From: the human T2T-CHM13v2.0 reference genome, Homo sapiens
DNA length: 64,000 bases
Assembly: GCF_009914755.1 (NCBI RefSeq)
Contig: NC_060936.1
Direction: 5' to 3' (one strand)
Part shown: piece by piece, positions 43,401 through 56,535 of the stretch
Position numbering within the stretch: position 1 is the stretch's first letter
Layout: each line of letters starts with the position of its first letter
Position numbers and translations under genes: made by a program
Notes under the pieces: generated by a model
Databases searched by the model: none
What the model was told of the DNA's origin: nothing
Seen by the model: only the letters and a program-made list of their open reading frames with translations

Positions 43401-44677
43401 TACTGAGCATGGTGTGTGTGCCACATGTAACATGGCCCTGCCTTTTAGCAAGTAGTTTTCTAGGACAGACAAGAAGAGTGCACAGGTCTCTAGAACACAG
43501 GTAAACACTGAGAAGGGCTAAAACACAAATACAAGGTTTCCGTGTGATTTCGAAGGATGGGCAGGATGTCATTGCAGTTGGAGGCCACTGGGTTCAGCTG
43601 TAGACAGGGAGCCACTCTGAGCCATGCCCACGGGGTAAGAAGGGAAGCAGCAGAGCCCCCCAGCAGGTGGGAGCTGAGCCGGGGCCCTCACGCTGTAAGC
43701 CCCCCTAACACAGCGGGGTGGACAGCTTTGCCAAGCTGCCTGGGAAGGCCTTGGAGTGTTCTATAAATACAGAACCAGCAGGTGTTGTGGTTGGAAGACA
43801 TAAAAGCTACGTGGCACTTTCTGCCTTACACTCAGCTTACATCACACGTGGAACTGCTTGTATTGGAGTTTACAACCCCTGAAGACACAAGGGTTCCAAA
43901 GAATGCCGACAGCCAGTAGGTCCCATATCACACTCAGGGGCGGAGAGCAGCCCAGGGGAGCCGGGCACAGGAAACCTTCACAGTCAGGCCCGCGTCTGAA
44001 CATGGGGTGAAAAGTACCTTGCTGGGCACGTTGTAGGGGAAGGTGTCTGAGCAAGGAAGGCGTGAGACTGTGAGACCGACTGTAGCACCTGATGCTGACT
44101 TGAGCCCCCTCAAAGCCATGGGACACAAATCGCTCCTGCTTGACAGTGTGGGAAGCTGCAAAATTCATTGTTTTTCTTCAAGATCTTTGGGCCAAATAAT
44201 AGCACGTCTTTAAATAACGCATCCTTCAACTCAGTGGGCAAAACAAGTTATACCTGACAACCTGCCTTAAAACCAAGGAGCCGGGATCAGGGTTGCCATG
44301 GCCCACCCCTTCCCATAATGCTTCCTTCACCCCGCTGGAGGTACATGCAGCCCACACACGTATGTTCTAGAAGGAACAGATGCTCTAGGGAAGGGACTGC
44401 AGGCACAAGGCCCACCAAAACATAATGCGGCACGAAAGAGGCCCCCATGTGGATGTTGCTCCCTGTGGCCAGCCAATTTCAGTCAATAATCCAGTACGAG
44501 GATGAGCCCAGCCCACAAGACACATACTCTTCCTAACTAAACAACAAGGGTCCCAGCTGTTTGCATTACAGTGGGGGAGGAAAATCTAAGCTTCTCTCTA
44601 GCTGAACCCTTAGCAATGATTTTGGGTAAATTTCCAAATTGCCTCCACCACCAAGAGCAATGAAATAACCACATGTG

Positions 44678-45138
<461 letters not shown>

Positions 45139-45164
45139 TTAGTATTAATTTCTTTTAGTAAGAA

Positions 45165-45395
45165 CCATGGCCGGGCGGTGAGGACAGAGGCCCTGGAATC
45201 AGATGATCCTGATCGGAATCTTGGGCCCCTTCCCCAAACCCAGTTACAAATTGTGCACCTTTGGACAAGTTGCTTAATTTCTTGGGGCCGCTCTTTTCTC
45301 ATCCATAAAACTGGAATTAATCATAGGGCTGTATGGAAATTCCATGAAATCAACCATCCCGGGTGCTCAGCCGGGACCTGCCTCAACAGGGGTTG
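45165..45395 (+). mobile_element. MIR
   Basis: 'ctggaatcaga...ctttggacaagttgcttaatttct...tttctcatccataaaactggaat'. Confidence 0.75.
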
Positions 45396-46730
45396 AGAGC
45401 ATCTACTTCTTTCCTCCTGGGCTGAGACAATGAGACTGTGATTTCCAGCAATTTATTCATTTCAGAAAAATGCTGCTGCTACTCAGATGCCCGGAGAAGT
45501 TCATTAGAACAGGATTTTCCTGTAATGCCTCCAGGTCACCGGGTCACTGCAGCAGGCCAGGGGTGGGATTCTTTGCCTGGCAGTTGGAGATAATTGCAGT
45601 TGCCAAAGTGGTCCGGCCTCCTAGCATGGGGGCAGCCAATTAACCAGGAGAGTCACCCTCCTGGTTGACAGATGACGCCTGGTGTTGGCCTTGTGCACCC
45701 CGATTAACCTCCAGGCGGGCTCCCCCTCCGCCCTGGACATTTTCAGTTTCCTGCACTTATTATGAAGCCTGCCCAAGAATCCCTAATTCACTAATAAGAA
45801 AATCACCATCTAACATCAGTGTTTGAAAATGACCTTGTGTTAGAACTGTGGTGGGAAGAGTGCTGTATTCTCAAACGATCACTGTTTTTTAAAAGCGTGG
45901 CACGGGCACTCCCTCGGCCACCCGCCTGCCCTCCCCAATCCCTCACCCACTGCTGCGACCACCCGGTGCTCAGCTCAGGGCTGAGCCGCAGTCTGAGGGC
46001 CGGGCCCTGGCATGGGCTCCATCAGATCCCGTAATCGGATCCGGGCGCTTTAGCCCTCACGTGACTAGGGGCCACCGCCTAACCCTGATTAGCGCTCTAC
46101 ATCACCCACCGCTCAGCCTCCTCTGGGGTCGGGTGGCTTCTCCACGTCTTAAATAAGATTCAGTTGTCATGTGTAGTATATTGGGAGTGCGTTTGAAATG
46201 GTGTTTCCTAGGGGAGAAGAAAGGAAAACAGCACCCACAATTGAACAGCTTAGGAAATACAGAGAGAGAGAGAGATCTAGAAGCACGGAGGGAACCCTGA
46301 GCCTGAGCCTGAACGCAGCGCAGAGGTCTGGGGCCCGACCACCCTGGGAGGCAGTGCCCCAGCTGTGCTCACCGGTGAGGGGAACACACCACCTTCCTGC
46401 TACTTTAGGGACATCAGCAAAGTCTCCCTTAAATATCTCCCTTTCTTTACCAAGAAAGCTATAAATCGGAGCCCCATCCTTCCAGATGAAGCAGCATTTT
46501 AAAACCTCAGTTTCATCTGGAAAGCAGCTGGGGAAGCACCCCATGGCCAGGTCGACTTCCCTCCAGGCACCAGAACACAGGCAGGGAGGACAGAGGAAGT
46601 GCAGGAGGAGGGACGAGGACCGAGGAGGCAGAGGGAGGGTGCTCTGTGGGCCCTGGCAACTCAACCCGCGTCCCAAAGCAGCTCTCATTAGGGCTGGGCT
46701 CCTGACGTCTTGTTTAAAAAATAAACAAAA

Positions 46731-47280
<550 letters not shown>

Positions 47281-48529
47281 CTAGCTATGTGATCTTGGGC
47301 TAGCTGCTTCACCTGTCTGTGCGTCCAAGTCCCTGTCTCCACGATGGTGGGGACAGTGATACCCTCCTGTGCTTGTTTCCTGGGCTGCCATGACAAATGA
47401 CAAAAAACTGGGAGGCTCAAAACAACACACATCTCTTCTCTCATAGATCTAGAGGCCAGAAGCCCAGAAGCCGGGGTGGCAAGACCAGCTCCCTCCAAAG
47501 CTGCGTGAGGATCCCTGCCTCTGCCAGCACCGGCTGCCTCTGGGGACTCCTCTCCGCGGCCACATAGCTCTGGTTCCGCCTTCAGAGTCACACGGATGTG
47601 CCTGAAACTGAGTTTTTCACAAATCAATGACACTGGAGGATGCATGAGTTAGGAAGAAGATGCCTGCACACCCGAAGCCCAGGAGAACCAATGAGATGTT
47701 AATATTCCCACTGGTGAAAAGCAGAGACCAAGACTAGACAGGCTCATGAAGCCGCCCGGAGCCTCCCGGCCAGTCACCACGCAACAAAGACCGGGGCCCT
47801 GGCTGCCGCACCACCGCCCTGTGCTTCCTAATGCATCTTTCACCTCTGGGGAAAAGGAGGTTCAGTTTCCCCATTTGTCATGTCCGTGACTGTGGGCCAC
47901 AGATGCCTCCTGGGGGAGAGGCTGGCAGGGAAGGGACGCAGCTGTCCCAGGCCCACACAGGAGCCCACGTGGTTCCCTGTAAAACGCTCTTCCTGACCAG
48001 CTCCTCACTAACGAACAACTCAGCACAGGCGTTTGCTGTGTTTCTCTGCGGTTCTCACACCTCTCCTGCTGCACACCGCTTTCCTGCTCTTTCTCTCCTT
48101 CTGTGACGCTGGAGCACACTGGGTATGGCAGGAGTGAACTGCTGCAGGGCCACAGGCGCCCAGCCTGCAAAAACGTCCCAACACAGACAGGGCAGGCCCA
48201 GTGCCCCAAGGCAAACGCCCACCAATGGGGTGGCCAGGTGTGGCTGGGACCAACGGAGGCAGAAGCCGTTCTCTTCCCAGCCTACCCATCCCTGCAAGGT
48301 CACAAAAATGCTGATGGTTACTTCGTGCAAAAGTGTCTCCCTCCTACCGTGACCGGCTCACTTCGCACACACTTTAGACAGCTCTGCTCATGAGAAAGGA
48401 AAAATAAATACACTGCGGAAGCATCTACAAGAAATCTGGGCTGCACAAGCTTCAGAGGACCCGTTTCTGGGACTGTCTGTATTATTCTACTAATTCCATT
48501 CACATGCTAATGATTGGTCTGTTTGGAGT

Positions 48530-48900
48530 TTAATAATAATAGCAGGAATCGTAATAGCTAATGTTTGTTGAACCCTCACACTATTCCAGGCCCTGTTCTA
48601 AATGCTCTGTGCCATTGAAGTCATTTAATCATCAAAGCACCCCTTCTGCCGTCCCCATCTGAATGGAAATAAAGGCAATTGCTAATCTTTATTGAGTGTT
48701 GCAAGATACTAAGCACTTTTCCCCAGTGAATGCCTTCAATAACAATCCGTCGAGGAGAAGACGGATGCTATTGTTACCTGCATTTTATGGATAAGACAAC
48801 GAAAGCGCAGAGAGGTTCAGAAGAGAGCCTGTGGTCACACAGCCGGAAGTAGCAGAGCAGAGATCGGGGCCTGCCAGCCTGGCTCCAGACTCTGCCCTGT
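48530..48900 (-). mobile_element. MIR fragments
   Basis: 'aatagctaatgtttgttgaa...ccaggccctgttctaaatgct', 'cattttatggataag..aacgaaagcgcagagaggtt...ggtcacacagc'. Confidence 0.7.
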
Positions 48901-50444
48901 GACTGTGGCTAATTCCACCAGTGAAGGCTGCTTCCGAGGGACACGTTCACGGAGCAGCTCCCCGCACAGATGCTGTGGGGCACAGGCAGGTCCGCGCTCC
49001 CCATGGCAGCATGGCGTAGTGGCCAGGGGCAGGCGCTCTGGCGAAAGTGCCCAGTGAATCTTGGCTGCTCCACTCAGGAGCCATAAGGATTTGGGCAAGT
49101 GACTTAACCTTTCTGGGTGTTGGTGCCTTTTGACAGTTAAATGAGCTAGCTGGTGGGAAGAGTGCAGAACAGGCCTGGGGTACGGTGAGGATTCAATGAG
49201 GCCGGCTCTTGTTTTCATGGCTCATGCTATTGCTCTCCAAACAGACTTATCACCAAAATTATCATGCAGTGATTCGGCAGCCGCCAGTGGTCCCAAATGC
49301 TGCAGGCTCATTCTGCAGATTGATGGAGAATGGGCATTTCCCACAAGCTCCGCCAGGTCTAGCTTGTGCCTCTGCTGAGAGACCCACCTTCCCAGCCCTA
49401 CCCCATGGAAGAGAGAAAAATCCTAAATTAACAATGTGAAATCCTGAAATGACCAAGAAAACATCAAGTAACTGAACGTGTCCTCAAGCGACAAGATTCT
49501 CTTTCCTGTTCTTGAGCAGGGCCCGGGCGTGAGAGCTGAAGCAGGCCAGGGTATACACAGGACAGTGGCCCAGGGGACACCCAGGCCTGAGAGCAGGAAG
49601 AGCGGTGGGGTCACAGAACAACCCGGAAAGACGCAGACACACTCAGAACTTCCAACTGCCAGTCGTATCCAGCTGCAGATGCTGGCATAGGTACGCAGAG
49701 GATTCGTGCCCTCACAGAATGGAACGGTGCCCACCTGAAGGGAGGCAGCCGGGAGGAGCAGGGAACAAGGTCCCACCCACGCCCAGGAGTCCTCCCATGG
49801 GGAGGGAGGGAGGCACATCAAGAAACAGAACAGGTGATAGGACAGGAGGTCCAGATGGCTGCTGTCATGGCAGGCAGTCAGGGAAGGCTTCTCAGAGGCG
49901 GTGACCTTTGAGCAGAGCCCTGAACAACATGATGAGTGAGTAGCTGGGAGAAGAGCCTTCCAGACAAAGACATGAAGGAGGAAGAGCTGGCAGGCCTGTG
50001 GCCATCAGGAGGCCCTTGCGCTTGCTCTAAGTGAGAATAAATGCAATCAGAAGCTTCCAAGAGTGGGCGTGGACTGAGCCGTTTCCAACAGGAGCCCTCT
50101 GGCTGCTGTGTGAGAGTGACTTGCAGGCAGAGGTGGACACAGGAGGCCTGGGGGCGCTGAGGCAGTGTGGCCCAGGGACAAGACCAGGGGTCTCTGGCCA
50201 AGGGGACCGAGGCGGCCCGAGCAAGAAGAGCTCAGAATCAGGATGTGAAGGGAAAGTGGCGGATATTAGTGGATCACATGTAGGCAACAGCTAGATAGAG
50301 GCTGGGAAGAGGACATGTTTGGCAAAGCAAATGCTTAGCCAAGAAATGGGGGGATTGAGAGAGAGGGAGAGAGAGAGAGACTATACGCATTACACATGAC
50401 TATATTTGCAATAATCTCAGGCCTTTTAGAAAGTACTGATGCCT

Positions 50445-50842
50445 GTGGGTAAACATGTGGTCCAGCCACACAGTGGAATATTATTCAGCCATAAAAAGGG
50501 ATGACGCTCTGACACACACCACAACACGGGTGAACCTTGAGGATGCTGTGCTGAGGGAAAGAAGCCGGCCACAGAGGACCATGTGTAGTATGATTCTGTT
50601 CACGTAAGATGTCCACGGCGGGACATCTATAGAGACAGCAGATTCGCAGTTGCCAGGGCTGGGAGGAGAGGAGAGAGGAGACTGGTTGCTTAATGGCAAT
50701 TTCTTTTTGAGGTGATGAAAATGTTCTAACATTGATGACAGTGATGGTTGCACAACTCTGAATATACTGACAACCCCTGACTTGTACTTTAGATGGATGA
50801 ATTGGATGGTAGGTAAGTTATATCTCAGTAAAGCAGTCTTAA
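50445..50842 (+). mobile_element. L1MB 3' end
   Basis: 'cagtggaatattattcagccataaaaaggga...gaaccttgagga...gatggttgcacaactctgaatatact'. Confidence 0.88.
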
Positions 50843-51133
50843 AGCTGGGCATGGTGGCTCGTGCCTATAATCTCAGCACTTCAGGAGGCTGAGGCAGGAG
50901 GATCGCTTGAGTCCAGGAGTTTGAGACCAGCCTGGGCAACATAGCAAGACCCTGTCTCTACAAAATATAAAAAATTAGCCAGGCATGGTGACACGCGCCT
51001 GCAGTCCCAGATACTCAGGATGCTGAGGTGGGAGGATCACCTCAGCCTGTAGGTCGAGGCTGCAGTGAACCGGGATTATGCCACTGCACTCCAGCCTGGG
51101 CGACACAGTGAGACCCTGTCTCAAAAAAACAAA
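50843..51133 (+). mobile_element. AluJ
   Basis: 'ggatcgcttgagtccaggagtttgagaccagcctgggcaacatagcaagacc'. Confidence 0.92.
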
Positions 51134-52779
51134 TTAGTGAAATAAAGCTGCTTTGAAAATACTGTTATACCTGCGCCCCAGCTCACTGCACCTTCTCTAA
51201 GAGGCTCGCGTGGGCCCTGGACACAGGCGTGTTTCAGAGCTCCCTGGGACTGCATCTGACCCAGAACCGGCTCCGCCCCAGCTTCTCTGGGATCTCACAG
51301 GTCCTGCAGCGCTGTAGTCCCAACCCAGCTTCGCGGTCAGGCAGCCCGGGTTTGAAACTGGGCCCATCTCTCCCCAGCTGTGTGATCTTCAGAGAGCCCC
51401 TCCATCTCTCAAAGACTATTGTCTCATCTGTAAAATGGGTCTACATGAGCAACAGGGCCTGCCGCAGAAGGGCTGTGTCATGCATGTAACCGAGGAAGGC
51501 ACCCAGCAACGTGCCGGCAACAGCAGTCCGATGCATTGCTGCATTTGAGCTGGAAAAGCTGTTTACACAAGTTCCCATCTTTAATTCTCACGATCCAGAA
51601 GCCACGATGCGGGAGGCAGTCACCAGGGCTGGTGGGCTTGGGGACAAGCAGGAAGGAAGCTGGGGAACTGTCTGGACAGAGGCATGGCCCTCCCGGGGCC
51701 CCAACTGCCATTCGCTGCATCCACCCTTCCCACAGAGACAATTATTGAGCCCCAGCCAGGTCTCAGCCACTCGCTGGGCACTGGGGACTCAGCCACAGGC
51801 TGAAGACGCAGAACCCACACCACAGCTGGGGCTGGGGCAGGTCTCTGGGCGTGACGCCCGACAGCAGAGCTCTGGCACCCGCAGCCTGCGGGGCAGCTCC
51901 AGGCTAAGGAGTCAACACGCAGCTCGAGCCCTTGGCCCTTGAACATGGAGCGCTTTACAGACCTGGAGCTGAGTCAAGGCACGTTTCCCAAGATTTTGGG
52001 GCTCCCCTCTCAGGGAGAGGGAAGGAAGAGTCGGAAACAAAGCTGCCTGTTGCCCCCGTCCCAATATCTCCGTCCAAGGAGGTACAGGGGCAGCGTGATG
52101 GGGTGTGTTCCTGGTCTTGGAAACCACGTCGGTAATAAGCATGAAGAATGCCTTGAGGAAACCCCCCCGCTTCCCACCCAACCCAGCGGCCCGTTCCTGA
52201 CATTCCCATCGCGGACACACACTGGGTGTGGCACCAGGAGCGTTTAATCAGAGGAACCTGTACCAACGCACCCCCAGGCCCCCTCAGGAGGCCCCTGCTG
52301 CCAAAATGGCCAAATGGGCTTTCTTTTTGGTAGCACTGGGCAGGAGGGAGGCAGGGGAAGGAGCGCGGTAAGAGGCATAGGAGGGGCAAGGAGGACCTTC
52401 CACCCAAAGGGACACCATGACCAACTCCCCATGGATGGAAATGACAAAAAGTACACCACTGGCCCCCTGGTTTCCGGGTATCCCTGGGAGCTCACGGGTG
52501 GACACCGAGGGTCTCCAGGAGAGGGGTTGGCTCTGCAGCCCCTGTGGTCCCAGCTGCTCCAAAAACACCCAAGGAGCAATTTCTGCACATACCTATGAGA
52601 ATCAAAGCCACCGAGCAGCTCGCAGATCCATTCCTCCCTCTGCCCTCGGGGCCTGAACCTCTCTCCCAGGTGTCTGCACCTCTGGCTCCTTCTCAGGGTC
52701 CTGTCTCAGCTTCAACGCCACCTCCTCCCTGAGACCCTCCCAGATCATCCAGGTGCGGCCCCTGACATCAGCCATTGGA

Positions 52780-53025
52780 ACCCTCTGCTGGGCACTCCAT
52801 CAGGGCAGCTGTCTCTGGTGTAGTGATTATTCATTCACTTGCCCGTTGTCTTACACATGCACACACACACATACACGCAGGCGCACACACACACATACAC
52901 ACACACACGTACACACACACATGTGTGCTCCCCATGAGGGCAGCACCCTCCTCTAGCTTGTTCACTGCTCACCTAAAATGTGAGTCAGTATTTAGCAGGT
53001 GCTTAAAGGTTTGCTGAATGAATAG
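52780..53025 (+). mobile_element. L2 3' end containing a (CA)n tract (52853-52925)
   Basis: 'ctccccatgagggcag...tgttcactgct...gtttgctgaatgaat'. Confidence 0.7.
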
Positions 53026-53396
53026 GTCATGCCCTGCCTTCCTGGGTCCCACACAGATAGAGAAGTGGCAGGTGCTGCACCTCCCCCGCCCCAGGCTCAG
53101 CACCAACAGGAAGGACCTGTCCACACAGCTAGGCCAAGGAGAGAGCCCCCCTCATCTCCCACACTGGGTCTCTCCAGCAAGTGCTTATCCAGCACCTACT
53201 AATGACAGACCACAAAACACCAACAAATGAGAATATCCCAAATGGACGTCTTCAGGCCTCTCCCTGCTCTACCTGCTCCTCCACAAGCCCCACTGCTCCC
53301 AATCCTCACAGGCCCCGCACGTCACACGTGGGGTCCCATGGAGCCCTGACAGCCACCTCCCTTTCTCGTGTAGGTGAGCATTAAGAAGAGGCTATC

Positions 53397-53693
53397 TGAC
53401 CAGGCACAGTGGCTCATGCCTGTAATCCTAGCATTTTGGGAGGCCAAGGTGGGCAAATCGCCTGAGGTCAGGAGTTCAAGACCAGCCTGGTCAACATGGC
53501 GTAATCCCATCTCTATTAAAAATACAAAACTTAGCCGGGCGTGGTAGCCCACGCCTGTAATCCTAGCTACTCAGGAGGCTGAGGCAGGAGAATCGCTTGA
53601 GCCCAGGAGGCGGAGGCTGCAGTGAGCTGAGATCATGACACTGCATTCCAGCCTGGGTGACAGAGCAAGACTCTGTCTCAAAAGAAAAAAAAA
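53397..53693 (+). mobile_element. AluS
   Basis: Full dimer; 'gctatc' on both flanks. Confidence 0.93.
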
Positions 53694-54203
53694 GAAGCTA
53701 TCCAGCCTCTCACAAATCCAGAGAAGCCCCAATTTCCTCCATTTTCTGAGGTTCCTTGTCCAGGGAAAAATTAAGAAATGTCTATTACCCTTTTCACGTT
53801 TTGCTGGATTCCATTTTCTAATTTACTAATACTTGACTTAGAATGTGGTGTCTGTGACCATGAGAGTTTGGCCAGCACATGTTCTTCCTTCTGATGGCCT
53901 CACTGGGGTTTTGTATCAAGATTATTCTGGGCTTTTAAAATGAGTGTGCTTTGTCTTTTTTCTCCATTTTTTGAAGATGCTATTTGGAGTGATTTACTTA
54001 GGACGTCATTTGGACTTAAAGTTTATATTGTGTGAAGGTTTCTCATTACAGATGCATTTGCTTCTCACACATATGAAAATAACCACAAAAAAGTTAAAAT
54101 AGATTTAGATTAAATGTTACTTTTCAGGGACCCACCTCATAAATGAATACTTCTAACCCCACAAACCCTAGTACAGTGTGACTGGCTTGTTCAAAGATAA
54201 ATG

Positions 54204-55385
54204 CAGTCACGCCTTGCTTAACAAGGATGCGTTCGGAGAAATGCCTCATTAGGTGATTTCGTCACTGAGCGCACCTCACACACAGGTACACTGCACACAC
54301 GCCCGGGCCGCACAGCCTCCTCCACGCCCTGGCTCGATGGGCAAGCCCATTGCTTCCGGTTTCACAGCTGTGCAGCCCGTGACTGTACTGAGTACTGTAG
54401 GCCACTGCCACACAATGGTGAGTACTTCTGCATCTAATCATAGAAGAGAGGCAGCGGAAGTAAGATCTAAAAGATAAAGCATGGTGCACCTGTATAGGGC
54501 GCTTAGCATGAATGGAGCTTGCGGGACTGGAAGTGACTCTGGGTGGGTGAGTGAGTGAGTGAGGAGTGGACGTGAGGGCCCAGGCATTCCTGTACGTGTC
54601 TGTAGACCCTACAGAGGCTGCACGTTTAGACTACGCTAAATTTATACAAAAATATTCTTCTTTCTTCCATAACTGCCCTCAGCTTACTTCGTTGCCTTAT
54701 ACATTTCTTAATTTTTTACCTTTTGGACTCTTTTGTAATAATACTTAGCTTAAAACACACATTGTACAGCTGTACAAAAATAATTTCTTTCTTTATATCC
54801 TCATCTATTTGCTTTTCCCTATTTGATTTTTTTGTTTGTTTGCTTTTTAAACTTTGCTGTTAAAAGCTAAGACATAAACACACACGTTCACCTAGGCCTC
54901 CCCGGGGCCAGCATCATCACATCACCGCCTTCCACCTGCACGTCCTGTCCCACTGGGAGGTCTCCAGGGGAATAACACAAGGTGTGCCGTCGCCTCCCAC
55001 GATGGCCATGCCTGCTGTCGGATCCCTCCTGAAGGACCTGCCAGAGGCTGTTCCACAGCTCACTTTTGTTTAATAAGTAGAAACAATACACTCTAAAATC
55101 ATGATAAAAGTTACAGTAAATCCATAAGCCAGTAACATAGTCATTTATTATCATCGAGCATCATGTCCATGCATGACCGTATGTGCTGGACGTTCACACT
55201 CCAGGCAGCACAGTGGGTTCACCCACACCATCGTCACTAAACACGTGAGACTAAAGCTTCAAGCTGAGCAGCTACGACAGCCACACTGGGATGGGGATCT
55301 TTCAGGTCTGTTCTAATCACACAGCCACCGCAGTACGCATGGTCTTCACTGATGGAAATGTCCTTCTTATGCAGGGCGTCATCTG
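54204..55385 (+). mobile_element. Tigger3b (TcMar-Tigger), near full length
   Basis: 'cagtcacgccttgcttaac..gatgcgttcggagaaatgcctcattaggtgatttcgtc' ... 'tacttagcttaaaacacacattgtacagctgtacaaaaat' ... 'ttatgcagggcgtcatctg'. Confidence 0.85.
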
Positions 55386-55457
55386 GGAGATTTTCTTCAA
55401 GGAAAGATGGATCCACACAGGAGCGTGGCCCAGTGGTGGACACAAGCAGGGGTGAGT

Positions 55458-55718
55458 CAGAGAGAGAGACTGAGAGAGGGAGAGGAGGAATGAGGGAGGG
55501 AGGGAGACTGAGAGAAAAGGAAAGAAAAAACAAAGAGGGAGAGAAAAGGAGAGAAAGAGAGGGAAGAAGGGGACAGAGAGACTGAAAGAAACGGAATAAA
55601 AGAGTGAGAGAAGAAGGAAGGAAGGAAAGAAGGAAGGAAGGAAGGAAGATAGGAAGGAAGGAAGGAAGGAAGGAAGGAAGGAAGGAAGGAAGGAAGGAAG
55701 GAAGGAAGGAAGGAAGGA
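55458..55718. repeat. GA-rich tract ending in an uninterrupted (GGAA)16 microsatellite (55652-55715)
   Basis: Counted directly. Confidence 0.95.
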
Positions 55719-55745
55719 CGGACTGAGGAGTATGGTTCAGTGAAA

Positions 55746-55879
55746 CCTTTGCACACAAGGGTGGTGGCACCAGCATCACCAACAAGAGATGCAGGTGTCC
55801 TCAGCTGGTTGCCCTTTGCACACAAGGGTGGTGGCACCAGCATCACCAACAAGAGATGCAGGTGTCCTCAGCTGGTTGC
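55746..55879. repeat. Perfect 67-bp tandem duplication
   Basis: 55746-55812 is identical to 55813-55879. Confidence 0.96.
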
Positions 55880-56359
55880 AAGCCTCCTCCCACACCATAG
55901 GGGATCAGACAGCTTTTCAAATGGGTGAAAGTCAAAAGAGAAACTGAGGACATAAGCCATGCACTACCACTATCTACACGGGATGAGGTAAGTGGAGAAC
56001 AGAGTTTTCTGGAATCAGCAGCTCTGCTTGATCAACAAGAGACCAGCACAGCCGATCCGGTTCTCCCCCGGGTTCCCAGCACCACGCGGATTCCAAACCT
56101 TGGGGCAGAAGTGGGAAACACTGAGACGTTCAGCCGGCAAGTCTCCGCCCACCTGGAACAGATGCTCATTGCCGTGCCCTAGGGAGACTCCCGGACACAA
56201 AGGAAGCTCCCGGGTCAGGCCCTCTGGTCCCTGAGGTTTGGCACTTGCGGGTCTAGACCAACCTATGAGGCGTGCACTCAGCTTCATGTATGACCTCAGC
56301 CAAAGGCCAACAGAGAGCTGGCAACATGCCCCAGAGATGCGTAAAGCGCCTCCTGGTCA

Positions 56360-56535
56360 CGCTGTATTCAAGGATCCTCAAAGTGGGGTCCCTGGATGCC
56401 TCCACCTCCCCTGGGACTGCGTGGGAATGCGGATTCCCGGCTCCTCCCCAGACCTGCTGGATCAGAGGTTCTGAGATTTGTAGCCCCTTAACCCACCCGC
56501 CAGGATGCCAGCGCTCACCAACGTGTGAGAATCGC
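56360..56535. mobile_element. MER5A
   Basis: 'ctcaaagtggggtccctgga...aatgcggattcccggctcctccccagacctgctggatcaga...tgtgagaatcgctg'. Confidence 0.75.
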
